Below, piece by piece: positions 58,229 through 64,000 of a DNA stretch of 64,000 nt (its first letter is position 1; every line of letters starts with the position of its first letter). The translations under genes were made by a program, and so were the position numbers. Below the pieces are notes generated by a model that did not search any database, was not told the DNA's origin, and was given only the letters and a program-made list of their open reading frames with translations. Location: contig SLKA01000041.1 of the NCBI GenBank assembly GCA_007134845.1, positions 56,695 through 120,694 of the forward strand. The letters are read 5' to 3'. The DNA comes from Balneolales bacterium. GTDB taxonomy: Bacteria; Bacteroidota; Rhodothermia; Balneolales; Natronogracilivirgulaceae.

Positions 58229-58229
58229 A

Positions 58230-59849
58230 TCAGGATACTTCCTGTCCGCTTATAATTTGCTTTTGGATGGCTATGGCCTCCTCTTCAAGTTTGGCTGCCA
58301 GCTCATCATTGAGAACACCTGATTGCCCCAGTTCCTCCATTTCGTCAGGCAGCTTGAGGCTAACGGCTTCCAGATACTGTTCTTCAAATTCCCGGATAGC
58401 ATTGATAGGCAGCTTGTCGAGAACACCTTTGTTATTGGCCAGCAGCAATGCAATTTGATGCTCGATTGACAGCGGCATATACTGACCTTGCTTGAGGACC
58501 TCAACGGTCCGGGCTCCACGACTCAGCTGGCGCTGTGTCGTAGCATCAAGTTCGGACCCGAATTTTGCAAATGCTTCGAGTTCGCGATACTGTGCAAGAT
58601 CCAGTTTCAACGTTCCGGCAAGTTTCTTCATCGACTTCACCTGAGCTGCGCCCCCCACCCGAGAGACGGAGATACCGACATCAATAGCCGGTCTCACCCC
58701 GGCGTTGAACAAGTTAGTCTGCAGGAATATCTGTCCGTCAGTGATAGAGATCACGTTTGTTGGGATATAGGCGGAAACGTCACCAGCCTGGGTCTCAATA
58801 ATGGGAAGAGCGGTAAGTGAGCCCCCACCTTTCAGTTTATCCCGCAGCGGTTCTGGTACATCGTTCATGTTTTTTGCTACCTGATCATTGGAGTTGATCT
58901 TGGCGGCACGTTCCAGCAGACGGCTGTGAAGATAGAAAACATCGCCGGGATAGGCTTCACGTCCGGGGGGGCGTCGCAGCAGAAGTGAGAGTTCCCGATA
59001 GGCGACAGCCTGTTTGGACAAGTCATCAAAAATAACCAACACATGACGGCCGGTATCACGAAAATACTCACCGATAGCAGCACCCGCAAACGGTGCTATA
59101 TACTGTAGCGGTGCAGCTACTGATGCAGGAGCTGAGACAATCACCGTATAATCGGACGCACCATTCTCGCGAAGCGCCTGGTTGACCAGAGCCACAGTTG
59201 ATCCTTTTTGTCCGATCGCAACGTAGACACAGTATACCGGCTTGTCGGTTTCCTGCGTCCTTTTCTGATTGATAATGGTATCGATAGCGATAGCGGTTTT
59301 TCCGGTTTGCCGATCACCGATAATAAGCTCGCGCTGGCCGCGGCCGATGGGGATCAGAGTATCGATAAATTTGATACCGGTCTGTACCGGTTCAGATACC
59401 GGTTCACGGAAAATAACACCCGGCGCCTTGCGCTCAAGGGGCAGGTTGATGGTTTCACCAGATATCGGCCCTTTTCCATCAATTGGTCGTCCCAAGGGGT
59501 CGATAACACGTCCGAGCAAACCTTCTCCGACAGGCAGGGATGCAATTTCTTTGGTGCGCTGAACTTTGTCGCCCTCTTTTACGGCTGTGGCACCACCGAA
59601 GAGAACGATTCCAACATTGTCCTCTTCAAGATTCTGAACCATTCCACGGACGGGTTTTCCCTCTTCATCCTTTGAATCCGGAAGCTCCACCAATTCACCG
59701 GCCTGTACTTTGGACAGTCCGTATACCCTGGCAATGCCGTCTCCCACTTCGAGAACGGTTCCGACATCGTAAACGTCAGTGCTGCCATCGAATGCGGCAA
59801 GCTGTTTACGAAGAATAGAAGAGACTTCTTCTGGTTTAACGTGACTCAT
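58230..59849 (-). CDS. atpA: F0F1 ATP synthase subunit alpha
   Basis: 539 aa. Walker A GDRQTGKT plus strong alpha-subunit motifs throughout. Confidence 0.96.
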   Translation of the reverse strand: MSHVKPEEVSSILRKQLAAFDGSTDVYDVGTVLEVGDGIARVYGLSKVQAGELVELPDSKDEEGKPVRGMVQNLEEDNVGIVLFGGATAVKEGDKVQRTKEIASLPVGEGLLGRVIDPLGRPIDGKGPISGETINLPLERKAPGVIFREPVSEPVQTGIKFIDTLIPIGRGQRELIIGDRQTGKTAIAIDTIINQKRTQETDKPVYCVYVAIGQKGSTVALVNQALRENGASDYTVIVSAPASVAAPLQYIAPFAGAAIGEYFRDTGRHVLVIFDDLSKQAVAYRELSLLLRRPPGREAYPGDVFYLHSRLLERAAKINSNDQVAKNMNDVPEPLRDKLKGGGSLTALPIIETQAGDVSAYIPTNVISITDGQIFLQTNLFNAGVRPAIDVGISVSRVGGAAQVKSMKKLAGTLKLDLAQYRELEAFAKFGSELDATTQRQLSRGARTVEVLKQGQYMPLSIEHQIALLLANNKGVLDKLPINAIREFEEQYLEAVSLKLPDEMEELGQSGVLNDELAAKLEEEAIAIQKQIISGQEVS

Positions 59850-59879
59850 AGTGCTGGTCTATCAATACTTTTAGGAAAC

Positions 59880-60425
59880 TTACATTCCGGTTTGCAGGAA
59901 TGAGGCTTCAAGTTGTTGTAATTTGTGTTTGATTGTCCCGTCAATGACGGTATCATTTATCCGGACCGCCATACCACCCTTCAATGACGAGTCTTCGGTA
60001 AAGATGAGAGCTACCTTGCTTCCGGTTTTTTTCTCGAGTGCATTTTTGAGCAGTTCGCTTTGTTTTGAGTCCGGTCGGCGTGTCACCAGCACTTCGACAT
60101 CAATAAGTCCCTGTTGCTTTTTATACAGGTGACCGATGGCCTCTGCGATTCCGGGAAGCTGATCCTCCCTTCTTTTTTCGAGAATAAGATGTAAAAAATG
60201 CCGGCTCAGTTCGGAAATCTCCTTATCGAACAACTCACCAAGTACCTTTCGTTTTGCATCACGTGATATGATCTGGCTTTTCAGGAAGAGCAGCAATTCC
60301 TCTGAGCCTGAAATGGTGTCACTGATTCGTTGCATATCGCTGGCAACGGCATCGAGCTTTTTTTTACTCTTGGCCTCCTGGAACAGGGCTGATGCGTAGC
60401 GATGAGCGACTTTTTTTATGATCAT
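59880..60425 (-). CDS. atpH: F0F1 ATP synthase subunit delta (OSCP)
   Basis: 181 aa. N-terminal VAHRYASALFQEAK and C-terminal GGMAVRINDTVIDGTIKHKLQQL are typical of delta/OSCP. Position between atpF and atpA. Confidence 0.88.
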   Translation of the reverse strand: MIIKKVAHRYASALFQEAKSKKKLDAVASDMQRISDTISGSEELLLFLKSQIISRDAKRKVLGELFDKEISELSRHFLHLILEKRREDQLPGIAEAIGHLYKKQQGLIDVEVLVTRRPDSKQSELLKNALEKKTGSKVALIFTEDSSLKGGMAVRINDTVIDGTIKHKLQQLEASFLQTGM

Positions 60426-60438
60426 GAATCAGCGGGTA

Positions 60439-60942
60439 TTAGTTGAGTTCGTTGATATAGCGATCCACGATTTTTTTATTACGCTTTTCATCGATTTCCT
60501 CATCCAGGATGCGGGATGCTGCCTCGATGGCCATCTTCGATACCTCAGTTCTCAGTTCCAACAGGGCTTTCTTTTTCTCCTGTTCGATGGTACTGCGGGC
60601 TTGATCCAGTAATTTTTGGGCTTCCGCTTTGGCTTTCTCGGCACGGTCGGAACGGAGTGCTTCAGATTCTTCGATGGCTTCCTTTCGCATTTTCTGGGAA
60701 ATGGATTCGGCTTCCTTGAGGGCCTTTTCATTTTCCTTTGAAATGTGCATCGCTTCATCCCTGGCTTTTTCGGCCGCCTCAAGGGATTCCCTGATGGCTT
60801 TTTCCCGCTCTCCGAGTGCGTTAAGGATCGGTTTCCAAGCGAACTTGGTCAGCAGGAAAAGAAAAAGCAGGAACGTGATGAGAACCCAGAAAAAAAGTCC
60901 GAAGTCCACATCAAGCAGGCCTTGTGCAAATACAGGATTCAT
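60439..60942 (-). CDS. atpF: F0F1 ATP synthase subunit B
   Basis: 167 aa. A single N-terminal TM is followed by a long charged helix (KPILNALGEREKAIRESLEAAEKARDEA...). Confidence 0.88.
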   Translation of the reverse strand: MNPVFAQGLLDVDFGLFFWVLITFLLFLFLLTKFAWKPILNALGEREKAIRESLEAAEKARDEAMHISKENEKALKEAESISQKMRKEAIEESEALRSDRAEKAKAEAQKLLDQARSTIEQEKKKALLELRTEVSKMAIEAASRILDEEIDEKRNKKIVDRYINELN

Positions 60943-60988
60943 GGTTTTGGTATCTGGCGTTTACAGGCGTAAAAAAACGGGACTGCGC

Positions 60989-61207
60989 TCAGCTGAGCGC
61001 AAGAATGATACATACTACCTGTCCGAACAAAGCCACACCTTCAATAAATGCAGCAGAGATCAGCATGGAGGTACGGATATCACCTGAAGCTTCCGGTTGG
61101 CGTGCTGAGCCTTCCATGGCGCTCTTACCAATCATGCCGATTCCAACAGCGGCGCCTATGGTTGTGATTCCTGCTCCGAATCCAGCAGCTAAATATGCTA
61201 ATTCCAT
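60989..61207 (-). CDS. atpE: F0F1 ATP synthase subunit C
   Basis: 72 aa. Helical hairpin with GxGxGxG packing (GAAVGIGMIG), a polar loop (ARQPE), and the carboxylate in FIEGVALF. Confidence 0.93.
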   Translation of the reverse strand: MELAYLAAGFGAGITTIGAAVGIGMIGKSAMEGSARQPEASGDIRTSMLISAAFIEGVALFGQVVCIILALS

Positions 61208-61257
61208 TATGTTACCTCGGTTTATTTTGAAGAGTTAATTGTTTATTAGGGAAAAGA

Positions 61258-62325
61258 TCAATGGGCATGTTCTTCATTGTGTTCCGTTACGGCCAAACCG
61301 ATGAAGAGTGCCGATAAAATAGTGAATACATAGGCCTGGATAAAGCTCACAAGCGCTTTGATCAGATAGACAAATAATGTCAGAAAAACCCAGATCCATG
61401 AAGTTCCATATGCTACTCCAGGACCAAAAAGATCGGAAAAAATGAAGATGGTTCCCAATATCGCCATGATTAAAATCTTGCCTGATGCCATATTGGCGAA
61501 AAGACGTATGCACAGAGCGAATGGCTTGGTGAACAGTCCGATCAGCTCAACCGGCATAAGAATGAGTTTAATGGGCACGGGCACACCGGGAAACCAAAAC
61601 ACATGCTTCCAGTGGTCTTTGGTTGCAAAGATCTGGGTGATAGCAAAGGTAAAGAGTGCCAGCACAGCCGTGATGGTAATATCTGCGGTGGACGAGACGC
61701 CCCATGGCATCAGTCCGAAAAAGTTCATGAAAAGGATAAAGAAAAAGACGGTCAGAAGGTAGGGAGTGAAGGTCTGATATTTTTGCGGACCGATATTCTG
61801 AAGGGCAATGTCGTCGCGGATAAAGACAACCAGGGTTTCAAAAATATTCTGGAATGCGCCTCTGGGTTCGCTGCTGCGGCCTATTCCCTTGCGGTATTTG
61901 GAGGATAGCGGAATAAAGATCAGAAAAGTAAGCAACGCAGCAAGCCAGAAGAAGATCAGGTGTGATGTGATGGAAAAATCAAACTGGGGGGATGTGCCGT
62001 CGGTGCGAACGATACGGTAGGTTGCCGGTTTTATTTTGCCCTCCCTGATTACCGGTTCGGAATCAATATAAGCCGCATCGGTAAAAAGTTCGCTTTTGTT
62101 GAGCAGTGAAGACGTGCTTCGGTAGGCATGCAGCCGGCCGTTGTCATAGATAAGTCTTGGGAGTTCTACAGTCGCCAGCGGTTTGAAGTCCAGATAGTAA
62201 TGATCGACTACTTTGCCGATGAGATCGATTCTGTTTTCTTTGCCCGATTCTGCGCTGGAAACAACAGCCACACCTGTCACAAGGATAAGAGAGAGAAGGA
62301 GAAAGCGCAGAAGTTGTTTCATCAC
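61258..62325 (-). CDS. atpB: F0F1 ATP synthase subunit A (with long N-terminal extension)
   Basis: 355 aa. The C-terminal half has the conserved LCIRLFANM (essential Arg) and later helices. The N-terminal ~120 aa carry a signal-like helix and a soluble segment. Confidence 0.9.
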   Translation of the reverse strand: MMKQLLRFLLLSLILVTGVAVVSSAESGKENRIDLIGKVVDHYYLDFKPLATVELPRLIYDNGRLHAYRSTSSLLNKSELFTDAAYIDSEPVIREGKIKPATYRIVRTDGTSPQFDFSITSHLIFFWLAALLTFLIFIPLSSKYRKGIGRSSEPRGAFQNIFETLVVFIRDDIALQNIGPQKYQTFTPYLLTVFFFILFMNFFGLMPWGVSSTADITITAVLALFTFAITQIFATKDHWKHVFWFPGVPVPIKLILMPVELIGLFTKPFALCIRLFANMASGKILIMAILGTIFIFSDLFGPGVAYGTSWIWVFLTLFVYLIKALVSFIQAYVFTILSALFIGLAVTEHNEEHAH

Positions 62326-62336
62326 GATACCGACGG

Positions 62337-62705
62337 TTACCCTCTATGGTTACGTGTTAGAATGTAGGTTTCGACAGCAGATTTGCAAATATAGGAAAAT
62401 AAAAGTGCAACTGTAAAACCTATTTGATGCAATTCTGTAAAAAGGAATACAACGGCTACCGAGGCTCCAATGAAAATCATGCGAAACAGCATGCCAATGA
62501 GCATGGCTGTCATATACCTGTTGACGGAACCGGTGCTCATTCGGGTGAAGGGATAAAAACTGGTGATGGCGAGAGCGGAAGTTATGGCAAAAGCGATTAC
62601 GACGGGTATAAAAACCTCTGCTCCGGCAAAGACATAGACCGGCAGTCCGATTAGAGTCAGACCGGCCAGATCGATGAGCAGAATATAACCGCTAAATCTT
62701 ACCAT
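62337..62705 (-). CDS. ATP synthase protein I-like small membrane protein
   Basis: 122 aa with four hydrophobic helices, located directly upstream of atpB as in other atp operons. Confidence 0.55.
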   Translation of the reverse strand: MVRFSGYILLIDLAGLTLIGLPVYVFAGAEVFIPVVIAFAITSALAITSFYPFTRMSTGSVNRYMTAMLIGMLFRMIFIGASVAVVFLFTELHQIGFTVALLFSYICKSAVETYILTRNHRG

Positions 62706-62943
62706 TCCCGGATTGCTTATTCCTGTCTTTGTATTGGCTTTTCCCCGTCTTCGCCGCCAGTTTGACTACAATGGAGATCATGCTTCCGAAGCCTAAAAGT
62801 GCCCCAATAATAACGCCCCACGGACTCAAATTCCACTTTTTGTCCACATAAATTCCAATGACAACAGGAATAATCATGGATGCGGCAATATGGGTGCCGA
62901 GGGCAATATACTCACCGTAAGTGGCAAGATTTCGTATTGGCAT
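62692..62943 (-). CDS. AtpZ/AtpI-family small membrane protein
   Basis: 83 aa with two TM helices and a basic tail. It is the first gene of the atp cluster and overlaps the next ORF by 14 bp. Confidence 0.55.
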   Translation of the reverse strand: MPIRNLATYGEYIALGTHIAASMIIPVVIGIYVDKKWNLSPWGVIIGALLGFGSMISIVVKLAAKTGKSQYKDRNKQSGNGKI

Positions 62944-63032
62944 ATTTGTGTACGGAAAAACCGTTGCAATAACCGTTACATCACAAGCGATGTATCACGC
63001 GATGCTGATTTTACTTATTGGGTGAAGATGTT

Positions 63033-63512
63033 TTAAGCGCCGGTGGATTTCTCAGGCTCTTTTTTCCATGCGCCTTTCTGGTTCTGCTCTATGCTTTTGC
63101 TTCCCGAATCGCTTTTGCTTCCCGAATTGGAACTGACATGATCACCCATCTTGCATGATCCATCGATGTGTGCCCCTTCCTCTACCATGAGAACCTTGGT
63201 ATGAATGTCGCCGATAATCTTTGCGGATGACCTGAGAATGAGGCGATTGGACACTTTTAACTCTCCTTTAATGGTGCCTGCAATGTCGGCCTCTTTTGTA
63301 ATCAGATCACCTGTAATCTGACCGGATTCAGATACAATGCACTTGCCATCGGCATTTACTTCACCTTCGACTGTACCTGAAATGCGAAGATCGCTTTTGC
63401 TTTTCATTGTTCCGGTGAAAACCGAGCCTGCACTGATGATATTGATATTGGGTTGTCCGGGAGTTTCGTTTCTCATAACTGATTTACGTGGATTAGAATT
63501 TTTTCCAAACAT
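63033..63512 (-). CDS. bactofilin-family polymer-forming cytoskeletal protein
   Basis: 159 aa. The central beta-helix repeats pattern (DLRISGTVEGEVNADGKCIVSESGQITGDLITKEADIAGTIKGELKVSNRLILRSSAKIIGDIHTKVLMVEEGAHIDGSCKM) is typical of the bactofilin domain. Disordered Ser/Lys-rich tail. Confidence 0.85.
   Translation of the reverse strand: MFGKNSNPRKSVMRNETPGQPNINIISAGSVFTGTMKSKSDLRISGTVEGEVNADGKCIVSESGQITGDLITKEADIAGTIKGELKVSNRLILRSSAKIIGDIHTKVLMVEEGAHIDGSCKMGDHVSSNSGSKSDSGSKSIEQNQKGAWKKEPEKSTGA
63093..63128. repeat. 18-bp in-frame tandem duplication inside the bactofilin tail
   Basis: gcttttgcttcccgaatc / gcttttgcttcccgaatt, encoding the NSGSKS-DSGSKS repeat in the C-terminal tail. Confidence 0.9.
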
Positions 63513-63563
63513 TATGGAGGATTATATTAAGTGTTATTCGGGAAATGGGGTTTTTGTAAAACC

Positions 63564-64000
63564 TTAATTCAAGTTGATATAATGCTGTGGGTCAAGTGAG
63601 ACTCCGTTTTTCCATAGCTCGAAGTGGATATGGGGACCGGAAGCCAGCAATCCGGTCTCACCTACTTTTCCGATCACATCTCCCTTGCGGACAACGTCAC
63701 CTGTCCTGTAGATGATTTCCGAAAAGTGCTTGTAGACGGTGGCATAACCGCCGGCGTGCAGTATATGAAGCGTGTGTCCGTTATTGATGGTCCATTCCGA
63801 GCTGATGATCACACCATCGGCCACCGTGCGGACGTCAGTACCTTTTCTTGCAGCAATATCGATACCATAATGACCTGTATCAGGCTGATATTCGCCTGTC
63901 AGCGTGCCGATAACCGGTGGTTCAGCAGGGAATTGCACAATACCGGAAAATACATCCGAATGAATGATCTGCTCTGCCTGCAGGGATTGCGTCCCGGGAT
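63564..64000 (-). CDS. M23 family metallopeptidase, C-terminal LytM domain (5' end outside the window)
   Basis: HYGIDIAARKGTDV...GPHIHFELW motifs. The reading frame stays open upstream of the GTG at 63938 all the way to base 64000, so the gene continues beyond the window. Confidence 0.85.
   Translation of the reverse strand, partial: PGTQSLQAEQIIHSDVFSGIVQFPAEPPVIGTLTGEYQPDTGHYGIDIAARKGTDVRTVADGVIISSEWTINNGHTLHILHAGGYATVYKHFSEIIYRTGDVVRKGDVIGKVGETGLLASGPHIHFELWKNGVSLDPQHYINLN

Overview
This 64-kb window looks like a densely coding core-chromosome segment, with about 58 CDS and one tRNA. It probably comes from an FCB-group bacterium (Bacteroidota / Balneolota / Rhodothermota-like). That placement is an inference from several features: a T9SS C-terminal sorting domain, PorV/PorQ-type barrels, DUF2723 and DUF4837-like proteins, TAnnTTTG promoter-like motifs, and an atpBEFHAG operon lacking beta/epsilon.

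Contents in order:
- dxr (partial), rseP, psd, pssA.
- A minus-strand four-gene outer-membrane module: lipoprotein, BNR propeller with a T9SS sorting domain, and two PorV/PorQ-like barrels.
- A complete trp operon, trpE-trpS-trpG-trpD-trpC-trpF-trpB-trpA. It is preceded by a 16-codon leader peptide with three consecutive Trp codons and mutually exclusive antiterminator/terminator hairpins.
- DUF4837-like lipoprotein, M23 peptidase, hprK, hpf, xerC/D-type recombinase.
- MarA-like regulator, GT2, Smg-like protein, ybeY, DUF2723 protein, M1 aminopeptidase.
- der, an orphan nuoI-like gene, a UvrD-family helicase, a helical-repeat lipoprotein paired with a trypsin-like lipoprotein, mutL, icd, htrA, recO.
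- An MMPL transporter divergent from a glycosyltransferase cluster (AttH-like, GT2, GT4, flippase-like, GT-A, GT2). A MlaC-like carrier and a TolC-family barrel flank the far side of that cluster.
- tRNA-Ser(UGA), then the F-ATPase operon atpZ-atpI-atpB-E-F-H-A-G.
- Bactofilin and a partial M23 peptidase.

I saw no CRISPR array, transposase, prophage, rRNA or recognisable defence system.

The three most interesting candidates are the Trp-codon attenuator, which also controls an embedded trpS; the putative trans-envelope glycolipid synthesis/export locus at 46.2-57.1 kb; and the T9SS cargo plus dedicated PorV/PorQ-like barrel module. All functional calls rest on motif recognition by eye in the supplied translations. 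No database search was run.
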